From assembly GCA_963843375.1 (NCBI GenBank), contig CAWJKT010000014.1, positions 160,001 to 224,000 on the forward strand: a stretch of DNA of 64,000 nucleotides, in the 5' to 3' direction. The stretch comes from an uncultured Pseudomonadota bacterium (GTDB lineage Bacteria > Oederibacteriota > Muellerivitia > Muellerivitales > Muellerivitaceae). The notes beneath the pieces are model-generated. The model had not been told where the DNA came from and did not search any database. It saw nothing but the letters and a program-made list of their open reading frames with translations. Below, piece by piece: positions 39,359-49,725 of the stretch (position 1 is the stretch's first letter; the number at the start of each line of letters is the position of its first letter). The position numbers and the translations under genes are program-made.

Positions 39359-40645
39359 ATGAAATGGATTTCCCGTCTGGCTTGCCTAAGCCTGATTCTC
39401 GTTTTCAACTTCGCTTGCGTCTTTAAAAAGGAAAATAAACCCATCCGCGTTTCGGTTTTCACGGTCGATCCGCTCCTGGTCAAGATTCTCACCGATACCA
39501 TCACCGGAATTGAAAGCCGCCATCCGGGCCTTGAAATCAAAGTCGAAAACATTCCTTATAACGACTACCAGGGCAAGATCACGGTGGAACTGGCGGCCAA
39601 TGACGCGCCGGATATTATCAGCGTGGAGGCCAGCCGTTTTTCCGACATGTACTTGCGGGGCGCCTTTGAGGACCTGACTCCTTATTTTGATAAGGACCAT
39701 ATGGACCGCCAGGCCTATTATCCGACCTCCCTCGCCCGCTTCAGCCCTAAGGGCGAAATTTACGCCATCCCCTCCGATATCGCCCCCGTGGGCCTCCTTT
39801 ATTACAACAAGAAGGTTTTCGATGAGGCGAAAGTGCCTTACCCCACAAACGACCTTACCTGGCCCGAGCCTTTTCTTTCAATGTGCCAGAAGTTGGTCAA
39901 GCGGGACGCCTCTGGTAAGATTATTCGGTGGGCTTATATCGACCCATATGGCACCAACGCAGATACTTTTCTTCTCAGCGATGGCGGCTATTTCATGGAC
40001 AGCGAAACCAACCCCACCCGCCTGGCCCTGGACAGCCCACAAGCTCTGGAAGCTTTTGGTTTCCGCTGCGACATGATCTACAAATACCATGTTTCACCCA
40101 CTCCCAGCGAACTCCAGAGTTTCAGCAATGACAACCAGGCGGAAGACTTTTTCATGAATGGCCAGGCCGCCATGATGAATTCCGGGGTCTGGCACACTCC
40201 GCACTTCCTCGAAAAAGGGCTGGATTTCGACGTCGTGGAATTCCCCAAGGGCCCCCGCGGCACCCGGGGTTGGGGTACAGGCGGCTCGGCCTATGCCATC
40301 TGGAAGGGCTGTAAGAACAAAGAACTTGCCTGGGAAGTCGTGAAGGAAATCACGAGCGAGGCACTCTCGATACAATTGGCCAAAACCGGAATGATCCAGC
40401 CCGCCTTGGTGAAGGTCGCCAATTCGGACGCATTCCTGAAGAGCCCCGGTCCCAAGAACAAAAAAATCCTTTTGGACATGCCACAATATTCCCACTACTC
40501 GCCCTTTATCAAAAACTGGGAAGAGGTCTGGTTCGGCCAGGTGGGGCCGGCCATGGACAAGTGCTGGTCCGGAGAGGCAAAACCCGCCGATGTCCTTCCC
40601 AAGCTCAACGCGGATATTAATTCGAAATACTTCTCCGGAAAATGA
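39359..40645 (+). CDS. Sugar ABC transporter substrate-binding lipoprotein (family 1)
   Basis: Lipobox NFAC; APDI, LYYNKKVFDEA, FMNGQAAM. Confidence 0.9.
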   Translation: MKWISRLACLSLILVFNFACVFKKENKPIRVSVFTVDPLLVKILTDTITGIESRHPGLEIKVENIPYNDYQGKITVELAANDAPDIISVEASRFSDMYLRGAFEDLTPYFDKDHMDRQAYYPTSLARFSPKGEIYAIPSDIAPVGLLYYNKKVFDEAKVPYPTNDLTWPEPFLSMCQKLVKRDASGKIIRWAYIDPYGTNADTFLLSDGGYFMDSETNPTRLALDSPQALEAFGFRCDMIYKYHVSPTPSELQSFSNDNQAEDFFMNGQAAMMNSGVWHTPHFLEKGLDFDVVEFPKGPRGTRGWGTGGSAYAIWKGCKNKELAWEVVKEITSEALSIQLAKTGMIQPALVKVANSDAFLKSPGPKNKKILLDMPQYSHYSPFIKNWEEVWFGQVGPAMDKCWSGEAKPADVLPKLNADINSKYFSGK

Positions 40646-40677
40646 AAATTGAGGTTCAATACTCCTAAGGTGTTTTC

Positions 40678-41076
40678 GTGTTTAAATTTTTTCTCTTTTT
40701 CCTAGCAATTCTGGTCGCTGCGCCTCTATTGGCGGGGCAGGGGGTGATCAGACCTCTCCAAAAGCGGATCAAGAAAGATCGCAAAGACATTCTTTTCTAC
40801 ATTTCCGAAATCAAGGATCTGCAGGCAAAGCTGAAAAAGGACAAGTCCAAGGCCCTCAAATATTCAGCAGAAGGGACCGCTGAACCTGCCGCCGAAACGA
40901 GCCCCGCGTCGGTCGAGGGTCAGCCAACCCCGGTTCCCGTCCAAGCGGATAAATGGGCCGCCCGGGTGGGCATCGATGAGGATAAAATCCAAAATGACCG
41001 GGCTTTAATGGAAAAGGCCCAGAAGGATCTGGGGCAAGCCAACGCCCAGCTAAGCGCGATCCTCCCAAAACAATAA
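40678..41076 (+). CDS. Hypothetical exported coiled-coil protein
   Basis: Signal peptide; two helices joined by a Pro/Ala linker. Confidence 0.6.
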   Translation: MFKFFLFFLAILVAAPLLAGQGVIRPLQKRIKKDRKDILFYISEIKDLQAKLKKDKSKALKYSAEGTAEPAAETSPASVEGQPTPVPVQADKWAARVGIDEDKIQNDRALMEKAQKDLGQANAQLSAILPKQ

Positions 41077-41093
41077 AAAATCCCGCAAAATCA

Positions 41094-41219
41094 ATTTGAG
41101 TCACAGAAGGCACCAAAAACGACGAAAATCAAAAGTCAGAGTCTATTGAGGTTTTAATGAGATGACAAATCCATAAAATCATTTTTACCAAATCCCTTTT
41201 GTGCCTTCGTGGCTCAAAT
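41094..41219. repeat. REP/MITE-like element bounded by about 19-bp imperfect inverted repeats
   Basis: ATTTGAGTCACAGAAGGCAC (41094-41113) ... GTGCCTTCGTGGCTCAAAT (41201-41219). Confidence 0.5.
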
Positions 41220-41363
41220 GGGATTTGGTTTTTTATATCGAAACACCTTGAAACTTCACTTCAATTCGTTTCAGCCCTGCTTTTCGCTTTTTCGGATTTG
41301 AAAAGCCAATCCATCCTGATTTCGTTAAGATAGGCCTCCCAAATTACAGCTTAAGGAGATTTC

Positions 41364-43934
41364 ATGCGCCGAACTTTTATTCTTGCCGCTCTCATCCTTG
41401 TTCCGGCCCTCACCTGGGCCGATGATGCCGTTACTTTTTTCTCCCACGGCTGGGCCGACGCTTCCGGTAAGGATGGCAAGGGAGGGGTGAGCATCGTCGT
41501 GCAGGACGGCAAAACCAATTTCCTCGTGCGGCCTGATTTTTCCAAGGACAAGATTGATCCCAATACCAACGCCGACCACCCCGATTGGATCGTTTATGAC
41601 AGCGATAGCAACAACGGCCAGTGTCTCTCCTTCGAGTTCACCTGCATCACCTCGGCCAACGACAAGTTTTACGGCAAGCGCTGGGCAGGCGGCGGGGTGG
41701 CCTTCGACAATTCCTGGGCCCTCCACGACTTTTCCAAAGCCAAATTCCTGGTTTTTTCCGCCAAGACCAACGCGCCGGGAGTGGACTTTAACATCGCCCT
41801 TACCGGGGCCACTGACGGCGTGCAAACGGGCAACGTCAAGATCAGCGACTACGCCGAAGGCAAAAAGATCGGCGACACCTGGACCAAGGTCGTTATTCCC
41901 CTTGCCGCTTTCCCCAGCATCGACAAGGTGGATCTGACCCAACTGAAAACCCTGCGCTTTGACCTGCAGGGTGAATATCCGGAAAATATCCCGGTCCATG
42001 TTTATTTCGACAAGATGTATTTCACCGACAGCGCGATGGTGACTCCGGTTGAAAACCTGGGCTGGTTGAAAGTGCCCGGAGGTGTGCAAGTGATGTGGGA
42101 CAAAGCCAACGACGACGGCATTTTGCGCTACGACGTGTCGGTGGACGGCAAAGTGGTAGGGGCGGTGACGGGGGCGGCCAAACGGCAGGTCAAGCTTCTT
42201 AATGGCGTCTTTAAGGACACTGGTTCTCATATTGTGGGAATCGCCGCCGACAACGGCACCAAAGCTTCTGCGGTTGAGGCGGTCACCCTCAGCGTGGCGC
42301 CTTCTTCGGCGGTGGCAGCCACGGTTTCCCTGGCAGCGGCCCCCAGTCACGCCATCTCTCCCTATCTCTGGGGCTTCAATTACTTGGACAGCGAAACCCT
42401 CAAGAATGCGGGCGGCACCGTCAACCGCTGGGGCGGCAACGCCACCACCAATTACAATTGGAAGGAAGATGCCGACAACAAGGGGGCCGATTGGTATTAC
42501 CTCAATACCGCCGCCACTTTCGCCACCGAAAAGGACAAACGCTATGCCAAGGCCATCACGGACGCTTTCAGCGCCGGGTCGCAAATGATCATTACCATCC
42601 CCAACATCCCCTGGGTGGCTAAGGCGCCTCCTCCCGGCGGCAAGGAACTGTCGTCCTTCCCGACATCGCTTTATCCCGGCCAAACCGGCAACGACGGCCA
42701 GGGCTCGGGCAACGGCCTATTGCCGGGAGGTAAGAAGATTTGGGGAAACGACCCCAACGCCAATTACGTCGCCAATTCCCCCGCGTTCGAGGAGGAATGG
42801 GTGAAGACCATCGTTCAAAACTATGGCCCTTCCACCCAGGGCGGGGTGAAGTTTTACCAAATGGACAACGAACCTGGTTTGTGGAATGAGAACCACCGGG
42901 ACGTGTGCCCCAAGGGAATCGGCTACGACGACCTTGTGGAATTGAATTCCAAATACGCCGCCGCCGTCAAGGCGGAGGATCCCAACGCCCAAGTAATCGG
43001 CTTTACCGCCTGGGGCGTCATGGAACTCGCCGGGTCGGATTGGGATTACATGCCGGGCGGCGTGCAAGGCTACCAAAGTAAGGACGGAGCCGGGGAAAAG
43101 TGGACGGATCGAAAGGCCCATGGCGGTATCACCCAACTCGAGTATTACTTGCGGGAAATGAACAAGCGTTCCCAACTGGCCGGCAAACGACTGATCGATT
43201 ACGTGGACGATCACGGGTTTCCCGAGGTCTGGGGCACCAATTCCAAGGGGGAAAAGGTCAATGTCCTCGGGCAGGACAGCGATTATGATCCGGTCATTAC
43301 TCCCCAGCAATTCGAGGCCATGCGCATCTTTTGGGACCCCACTTTCACCAGCCCCGACAGCTGGTGCGCCAACACCGCTAACAAGCCCTATTTGTGGGAC
43401 CCTTGGGTGGGGTTGATCCCCAAACTTAAAAAAATCATCCAGGACAATTACCCCGGCACGAAGCTTTCCATGACCGAATATTATCCGACGGATAAAAACT
43501 ACTTCACCGGCGCTCTCTTGGAGGCGGTGAATCTGGGAATTTTTATGCGGGAAGGGATGGACATGGCCTGCGACTGGGATGGAACTCATCCCGGCAACTA
43601 CGTTTTCTGGGGCCACAAGCTCTTCAGCAACTACGACAACCGGGGGAGCAAGATTAGCGGCAACTATCTGGCCGCCACCAGTTCCTCCCCGGATCTCTAT
43701 TCCTTCGGGGCTAACGACGGTCGGAAGACTTTCGTTGTGCTGGTCAACAAGAACCACGACACGGGCCAGGACACCACCATCACACTGCCCGTGGCCGTCA
43801 CCCGCTACGAGACCTACACCCTGGCTCAAACCTCGGGGAAGCGCCTTTACGATTCGGGCCCCCTGGCCGCCACCGGGACGGGCTTGACCCTGCAAGTCCC
43901 AGCTTTCTCAGCGATTTTATTGGTGGCGGAGTAA
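41364..43934 (+). CDS. GH44 endoglucanase/xyloglucanase with N-terminal CBM-like and FN3-like domains
   Basis: Signal peptide; RWGGNATTNYNW, MDNEPGLW...HRDV acid/base, SMTEY nucleophile. Confidence 0.9.
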   Translation: MRRTFILAALILVPALTWADDAVTFFSHGWADASGKDGKGGVSIVVQDGKTNFLVRPDFSKDKIDPNTNADHPDWIVYDSDSNNGQCLSFEFTCITSANDKFYGKRWAGGGVAFDNSWALHDFSKAKFLVFSAKTNAPGVDFNIALTGATDGVQTGNVKISDYAEGKKIGDTWTKVVIPLAAFPSIDKVDLTQLKTLRFDLQGEYPENIPVHVYFDKMYFTDSAMVTPVENLGWLKVPGGVQVMWDKANDDGILRYDVSVDGKVVGAVTGAAKRQVKLLNGVFKDTGSHIVGIAADNGTKASAVEAVTLSVAPSSAVAATVSLAAAPSHAISPYLWGFNYLDSETLKNAGGTVNRWGGNATTNYNWKEDADNKGADWYYLNTAATFATEKDKRYAKAITDAFSAGSQMIITIPNIPWVAKAPPPGGKELSSFPTSLYPGQTGNDGQGSGNGLLPGGKKIWGNDPNANYVANSPAFEEEWVKTIVQNYGPSTQGGVKFYQMDNEPGLWNENHRDVCPKGIGYDDLVELNSKYAAAVKAEDPNAQVIGFTAWGVMELAGSDWDYMPGGVQGYQSKDGAGEKWTDRKAHGGITQLEYYLREMNKRSQLAGKRLIDYVDDHGFPEVWGTNSKGEKVNVLGQDSDYDPVITPQQFEAMRIFWDPTFTSPDSWCANTANKPYLWDPWVGLIPKLKKIIQDNYPGTKLSMTEYYPTDKNYFTGALLEAVNLGIFMREGMDMACDWDGTHPGNYVFWGHKLFSNYDNRGSKISGNYLAATSSSPDLYSFGANDGRKTFVVLVNKNHDTGQDTTITLPVAVTRYETYTLAQTSGKRLYDSGPLAATGTGLTLQVPAFSAILLVAE

Positions 43935-43946
43935 GCCTTTAGTCGT

Positions 43947-43983
43947 AAAAGCCCGGTTCCTTCAAGGGGACCGGGCTTTTTTA
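43947..43983 (+). terminator. Rho-independent terminator
   Basis: AAAAGCCCGGTTCC...GGGACCGGGCTTTTTT. Confidence 0.85.
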
Positions 43984-44078
43984 TTTAATTAGGGGTTTTG
44001 GACCTCCAAGGCCCGAAATAAATATTGGAAAATTTGTTATAATAGGGCCGTTTCAATTTCACGTGCTCAGCGGAAAAC

Positions 44079-44282
44079 ATGGAAAAGCCATATCGTTTAG
44101 GGATGAAAATTGAAAAAGCGAGTTCCAAAAGCCATTTGAGAATGGAAGAACCTATTCCCACCCTGGAGGCTTTGGAAATGATGTGGCCGTTGGCCCTGGA
44201 TACTTGGGCCTTCTTGAAGGAGCCTCTTGCTGAATCCAGACTACAAAGACATGTTGTCCTCCTTGTGCGAGGAAAAGGTTGA
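44079..44282 (+). CDS. Small hypothetical protein overlapping the nucleotidyltransferase gene (possible partner)
   Basis: 67 aa; LEMMWPLALDTW...RLQRHVV; overlaps the downstream gene. Confidence 0.5.
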   Translation: MEKPYRLGMKIEKASSKSHLRMEEPIPTLEALEMMWPLALDTWAFLKEPLAESRLQRHVVLLVRGKG

Positions 44283-44692
44283 ATTCTTAATCGTCGGGGC
44301 CTACGGCATGGCGGTTTACGGTTTGCCTAGGGCCGCAGGCGATATTAATCTTTTCGTGGGACTCGCGCTCGTCAATTCCAAAAAAGTTTTTCAAGCCTTC
44401 AAACGTTTCGGAACGCCCCTTTCCGATTTTCAACCCGATACTTTTACCCAACCGGGGTTAATTTTCAAATCGGTATCCCCCCCGGCGAATCGATTTGTTG
44501 ACGACTATCGACGGTGTTTCGTTTGAGTAGACTTGGGCCCATCGTTTTGCCACCCAGGTTGAGGGGATAGAGCTGCAGGTGATTTCCATGGATGATTTAA
44601 TTCACAACAAGGCTGCGGTAGGCCGGCCCAAGGACATGGTGGACTTAGAGTGGATTAAAGAACAACGGAGAAAAAATGATGAGAAAAAATAA
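44227..44692 (+). pseudogene. Nucleotidyltransferase-family protein, inactivated
   Basis: EFLIVGAYGMAVYG.PRAAGDIN (D to N); frameshifts near 44460-44490, in-frame TAG at about 44528, then NKAAVGRPKDMVD. Confidence 0.75.
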
Positions 44693-44722
44693 AAAGGTTT
44701 TGCTTCTGGAAGGCATAGCATT

Positions 44723-45832
44723 ATGAAAAAACCTCGTTCTCGGAAGCCGAAAAAGAAAAAGGCTTTAAAAGAAAAGAGCGTTGATAAGTCCGTTTTGAAG
44801 CAAGAATTGATGATGTTCAATCGCATCATCGACGGCATGAGGAACGAACTCTCCTACATTGATCTGCTCAAACTCACCGTGACCTGTGTTTGCAAAGGGC
44901 TGGGATATGATCGGGCTGGGATTTTCCTGGTAGAGCCCGACGGCAAGTCCATTTCCCGGGCCATTGGGGTGGATTCTCGGGGAAAGTTCGAGTTGGGGAC
45001 TAGCTACAAGGACCCCATTTTGGACAAAAAAGGTTTTAGCATCTTCTCTGACCTGGTTTTCGGCTACAAAAAATCTTTTTATACCAGCAATCTGCTGGAG
45101 CGTTTCCCCGAACTCGTGGGCAAGGTGGATAAGGGGGTTACCTGTAACGCCAACGTACCCATCCTTGTGGGGAAAAAGAGGATCATCGGGGTTCTGGCCG
45201 TGGACAATCTTTTCACTAGGCGGGAATTGACCAGTCAGGACATCAACTCGCTCACCAATTTCGCCGTCCAGGCGGGGATGGCCATCGAGACCATCCGCCT
45301 GCACGAGCAGGTCCGTCAGCTTTCGGTCACCGACGGCCTGACCCAAATTTTCAACCGCCGTTATTTCGAGAAATTTCTCGCGGACGAGGTGGAACGGAGC
45401 CGCCGTTACAAGCACCCTTGCGGCGTGCTTTACATGGACTTGGACCACTTCAAAGAAGTAAATGACAAGTTCGGCCATCCCGTCGGGGATGAACTCTTGA
45501 AAAACGTTGCCCAAATTTTAAGAAAAACCCTCCGTAATATCGACGTGGTAGCGCGGCTGGGGGGCGACGAGTTTGGCGTAATCCTCCCGGAAACTCCCGC
45601 CCAGGATGTGATCCTTGTGGCTGAACGCCTTCTGAACATGATCGAAAAGGCCCGGGCGCCCCTTAAAGAACTAGAGGCTTGCCTGCACCCGGTGACTTTC
45701 AGCATCGGGGTAGCCACTTTCCCGGACAGCGCTGATAAACCCAATGACTTGGTGCGCATGGCCGATAAGAGCCTTTACGAGGCTAAGAATGCCGGCCGAA
45801 ATCAAGTGGGTTCCTTTCCCCGGAAGGGATAA
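44723..45832 (+). CDS. GAF-GGDEF diguanylate cyclase
   Basis: TDGLT..FNRR, DLDHFKEVND.FGH..GD, RNID I-site, RLGGDEF. Confidence 0.93.
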   Translation: MKKPRSRKPKKKKALKEKSVDKSVLKQELMMFNRIIDGMRNELSYIDLLKLTVTCVCKGLGYDRAGIFLVEPDGKSISRAIGVDSRGKFELGTSYKDPILDKKGFSIFSDLVFGYKKSFYTSNLLERFPELVGKVDKGVTCNANVPILVGKKRIIGVLAVDNLFTRRELTSQDINSLTNFAVQAGMAIETIRLHEQVRQLSVTDGLTQIFNRRYFEKFLADEVERSRRYKHPCGVLYMDLDHFKEVNDKFGHPVGDELLKNVAQILRKTLRNIDVVARLGGDEFGVILPETPAQDVILVAERLLNMIEKARAPLKELEACLHPVTFSIGVATFPDSADKPNDLVRMADKSLYEAKNAGRNQVGSFPRKG

Positions 45833-46082
45833 ACCGGAAGTCGAACGGAATGATTTTCTGCTCCTCCAAAAGGCTATGTTTGAAAGGGGTGCGAAAAACC
45901 CCTTCCGGTTTTTGGGGAAATGGCCGGAAATAACCGGATTCTCCTTTTATTACCTAAAATCCAACCTTTGAAGGGCTATTGATTCGTCAAAAGCCCAGGG
46001 TTTAAATATCAAACTATCCATTATCTATGGTTTACCAAGCCGAAGGCTGGCTGCGGTTTTAATTTTCTTTGGAGGCGATGCC

Positions 46083-47333
46083 ATGAAGTTATGGTTTTTG
46101 GGGATTTTTTCGATTTTGGTTGGAGCTTCCTTTTTAGTCATTGGCTGTCCGGGTACAAATACCACCACCTCCCCGACCACCGGGCCGCGCGGAGGGGGTG
46201 AAACGAATACGAACACTCCGACCATCACATTCACTCCCACTATAACGGGAACTCCCACCAATACGGCCACGGTCACCGTGTCCCGTACTCCAACTAACAC
46301 TGCCACCGTTACGGCTACATTTACCATCACCCAAACTCCCACCGTGACCGCAACAGCGACCATCACCTCCACCCCCACCCTCACCGGTACTCCGACCAAC
46401 TCGGCTACGACCACGCCGACCGCCACGATTACGGGTACGCCGACCATGACCGCCACCCCCACTATTACCTTCACCCCTTTCCCGACTTTGGTGCCGCCGG
46501 CTTTTGCGGGGAGCTTTAACACCGCCTTTGGACCGAACGGCCTGGCGATCGCCGCAGGGACCACCTATGTGGCCGAAGCGGATGAAAACGGGGACGAGGT
46601 GGAGATGTTTTCCACCGGTTCGCCTGGGGCATGGACGAAATACGGTACTCTCGCATTCCAGTATCCGATCGGGGTCGCCACGAATAGCGCGGGAACGACC
46701 ATTTATGTTTTAGACAACGGCGACGGAACGGGTGACGGGTCGGCTGCGGTTTACGCTTTCACCAGCGCGGGGGCTACCATCGCTTCCTGGACCACTTATG
46801 GAAGCGCGACATTCAATGATCCCTTCGCTATCACCGTGGACGCGCTGGGTAATGTTTATGTTGCCGATACCGACAATAATCAAGTGGAGGAATTTGGGCC
46901 TACCGGCAGCCCGAGCGCCATCTGGACTAAATATAATGGCACAAGCTTCAACGGGCCGTCCGCCTTGGCCTTTGACGGCATCGGGAATCTATATGTCGGG
47001 GATTTGGGTAACGCGGTGGTGGATGAATATTCCGGCAGCACTGCGAGCGGCCCGACACAGACCGGCCTTAACCAATGGAATATGGTCCCCAATTGCTATA
47101 TCGACGGTTTGGCAGTGGATGGAAGCGGGAATGTTTATGTGGCCGACTATGGCGAAACGGGTTCTTATTCCGCGGATTTCGGGAACAGCCTCATGGAGGA
47201 ATACGCCCCCAATGGCGGTTCCTTATTGACCTCCTGGACCTATGGCGCGGATTTCGGGCCGGATGGCATTGTCTTAGCGGGCGCAGGTATTTTTGTGGCC
47301 GATTATAACAATGACGTCATCGACCAATTTTAA
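46083..47333 (+). CDS. Lipoprotein with Thr/Pro linker and NHL-repeat beta-propeller
   Basis: Lipobox VIGC; (Tx)n linker; repeated F..P..I.VD..GNVYVAD. Confidence 0.85.
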   Translation: MKLWFLGIFSILVGASFLVIGCPGTNTTTSPTTGPRGGGETNTNTPTITFTPTITGTPTNTATVTVSRTPTNTATVTATFTITQTPTVTATATITSTPTLTGTPTNSATTTPTATITGTPTMTATPTITFTPFPTLVPPAFAGSFNTAFGPNGLAIAAGTTYVAEADENGDEVEMFSTGSPGAWTKYGTLAFQYPIGVATNSAGTTIYVLDNGDGTGDGSAAVYAFTSAGATIASWTTYGSATFNDPFAITVDALGNVYVADTDNNQVEEFGPTGSPSAIWTKYNGTSFNGPSALAFDGIGNLYVGDLGNAVVDEYSGSTASGPTQTGLNQWNMVPNCYIDGLAVDGSGNVYVADYGETGSYSADFGNSLMEEYAPNGGSLLTSWTYGADFGPDGIVLAGAGIFVADYNNDVIDQF

Positions 47334-47379
47334 TTAGGGACAACTAACCAAAAATCTTATTTGAAAAATATTTTTATGA

Positions 47380-48144
47380 TTAATGAATGGAAAAAAAGCT
47401 GCGGCTGAGGAAGCCGGCGATGACGAGCAGGATGATGGCGGTGATTCCCACAATCAGGAGGGGGATCAACAAAAGGATGATCAGAACGAATGATCTTAAT
47501 GCCGATATCTGATGGGCTTCCGAAACATTGACGATGAGCAAAACCAGGGTCCACAAATTAAGAACAATTGAAATGGAGCGGAGCAAGTCCTGCCATAAAG
47601 CTTGAGGGCCGGCGACGAGGGACAACAGATCGGTATCTCCCCCGATCAAATTCTGCCAGACTGGTATTTGGCTCACTTGCAGTAGAACGATGGCGACGCA
47701 GGCGGGGGGATAGCACCAGGCATATGCGGTTTGGATGTCCTTGAAGCTCCCTTTCCCCCCAAAAATCCCCCCTAAAAATGATCCCACCCCGGCGAAATAT
47801 AAACAGACTAGGCTGTCCAAGGCGATCGAGATGAGGATTCCGATAAAAACCAAAATATCCAGAGTTAAATAGCTGGTGAAAGGGGCGTAAAACACAGGCA
47901 ATAAAGCCTGGAAGACGGCGAATAGGATCACGAGAAACCAAACCTGGTAACCCGTCTGAATGTCGAGAATTTTCCGGATGACTTCTCTGGGGTGAGTCCA
48001 TATTTTGAAATACATCACGATAAAAGTGGGAAAACTTCTGTCCACAAAATCCTCCCTGGTTTCCTTGTTCCGAATCCCGCTTAGCCATTCCCGAATTTTA
48101 CCAAAACTATACCGAGATAAGATTCTCTTTGTTGCCGGATTCAA
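47380..48144 (-). CDS. Yip1-family membrane protein
   Basis: IWTHPREV, FGGKGSF...AYAW..P, VSEAHQIS; several TM helices. Confidence 0.75.
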   Translation of the reverse strand: MNPATKRILSRYSFGKIREWLSGIRNKETREDFVDRSFPTFIVMYFKIWTHPREVIRKILDIQTGYQVWFLVILFAVFQALLPVFYAPFTSYLTLDILVFIGILISIALDSLVCLYFAGVGSFLGGIFGGKGSFKDIQTAYAWCYPPACVAIVLLQVSQIPVWQNLIGGDTDLLSLVAGPQALWQDLLRSISIVLNLWTLVLLIVNVSEAHQISALRSFVLIILLLIPLLIVGITAIILLVIAGFLSRSFFSIH

Positions 48145-48182
48145 ATAGACTTAATCCAATTTCAGCCGGCCAAAGTGGTGAG

Positions 48183-49247
48183 ATGTCCTTTAAAAAAAAT
48201 TTACCCTTCTTGATTCTCTTCGGTGCGCTGTTGTTTTGGACTTGGTCTTGCGGCAGCAAAAACAATCCTGCCTCTTCACCAGCGCCCGTTACCATCTACT
48301 ATATACCGGGTACGGCTACTTTTACTCCCACTTTGACTCCGGGTTCTCCCACTATCACCCCGACGCGGGGGCATCCCCTTTCCACGGGTACGCCCACCCC
48401 AACTCCCACAGGTTCCGCCACGCCGACGATCACCTTTACGCCACTGGCCGGGGCAACAGCGGCTGCCACCCTATTTACGGGGGACTTCAAGTGCCCGTGG
48501 GGTGTGGCCTTCGGGACGGAAGGATCAGGAGTGAGCTTCATCGCCGTAAGCGATACTTGTTCAACCCCCAATGACGTCCAGGTGTTCCGCATAGGCAGTA
48601 GCGGCACGACCTACCTTTACAGCATTCCCGCAACTACCCCCCAAGGATTAGCTATCGATTCTTACGGCGAACTTTATATCGCCGAGTATGAAGAAGTTGA
48701 GGGTTATTACCTGAATCCGGGGGCGGCCACTACATATACTTATGATTACACTTGGAGCGGCCAAGGCCAGGTGAATGATCCGGTAGGAATCAAAATCGAC
48801 GCCAATGGAAACCTAGTCGTCTCGGACAACACCTCGGGAATTATTTATAATCTCTCGTGGAACGACGATTCCATCCTGAACCAAACCACCGGCGGACCCG
48901 CCATTTACCCGAACGACCTGGCCCTGGACTCGAACGGAAACATTTATACGGCGGCTGGCAACGAAGTAGTCGAATACGATAATAACTATGGATATTTCAA
49001 TTCTTTCAGCGGGTCCGGCTGGACGACGTCTTTGTCTTACGCGATTAGCGTCGGGGTGGATTCAAAGGGCAATCTTTATATTTCCGACAACAACAATTCC
49101 AAAGTCGATTATGCCACGGCATCCGGGGCCTATTTGGGCGGCATTACCGGTTTAGGTTCTCCCGCCTTTTTGGCTCTTGGTAACGCCAATGCTTTGTTTG
49201 TCGCCGATAATGGAAATAAGGTTGTGTACGAGTACCATGGATTCTAA
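48183..49247 (+). CDS. Lipoprotein with Thr/Pro linker and NHL-repeat beta-propeller
   Basis: Lipobox TWSC; PQGLAIDSYG, PVGIKIDANG, LALDSNGNIY repeats. Confidence 0.85.
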   Translation: MSFKKNLPFLILFGALLFWTWSCGSKNNPASSPAPVTIYYIPGTATFTPTLTPGSPTITPTRGHPLSTGTPTPTPTGSATPTITFTPLAGATAAATLFTGDFKCPWGVAFGTEGSGVSFIAVSDTCSTPNDVQVFRIGSSGTTYLYSIPATTPQGLAIDSYGELYIAEYEEVEGYYLNPGAATTYTYDYTWSGQGQVNDPVGIKIDANGNLVVSDNTSGIIYNLSWNDDSILNQTTGGPAIYPNDLALDSNGNIYTAAGNEVVEYDNNYGYFNSFSGSGWTTSLSYAISVGVDSKGNLYISDNNNSKVDYATASGAYLGGITGLGSPAFLALGNANALFVADNGNKVVYEYHGF

Positions 49248-49725
49248 GGTGGGGGAGGGAACTGTTCGATGGGAAGTTTGAGTCTGAAAGGTCATTTTAA
49301 GAAGGAACCGGTTTCCTTCATGTTGATCTTGTTTTTCCTGGCGGTTTTCTCCGCTTGGGCTCTGCCCAGCGAACGAAAACACACTCGGCCTCCCTATTCC
49401 GGTCCTCGAAAGACAGTAAAAAAGAGAAGCCATTTGCCACCTCGTCCTCCCGTAAAGAATGGGAACTCATCGGTGCCCCGCTAGAAGCCCGGCTCATTGT
49501 TCTTCTTTATCTTCATGCTTTTTGTCCCTGCGGTGACTCGAGAACTTATTTTCGTTTAACCAAAAAACGTTTCGAACTGATTTTTAATTAGGTGTAATCG
49601 TAAGTCCCGAAATAATCATTTTTTTATTAGGTGGCTCCCGCAAAAAATAAAATAATAATCCCACAATACCTTTGACGCTCTTCCCATTTCTTCCTCACCG
49701 CAAGGATTCATATCTGGAGGGAAAA

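Noticed and set aside
41325..43895. Long antisense ORFs (452 and 392 aa; also 9899-10666, 23031-23981, 58674-59576, 60639-61484)
   Set aside because: Shadows of well-supported sense genes, with no recognisable motifs.
49269..49484. 71-aa ORF with a signal-like segment and basic tail
   Set aside because: Plausible but has no homology cue; not supportable as a gene from sequence alone.
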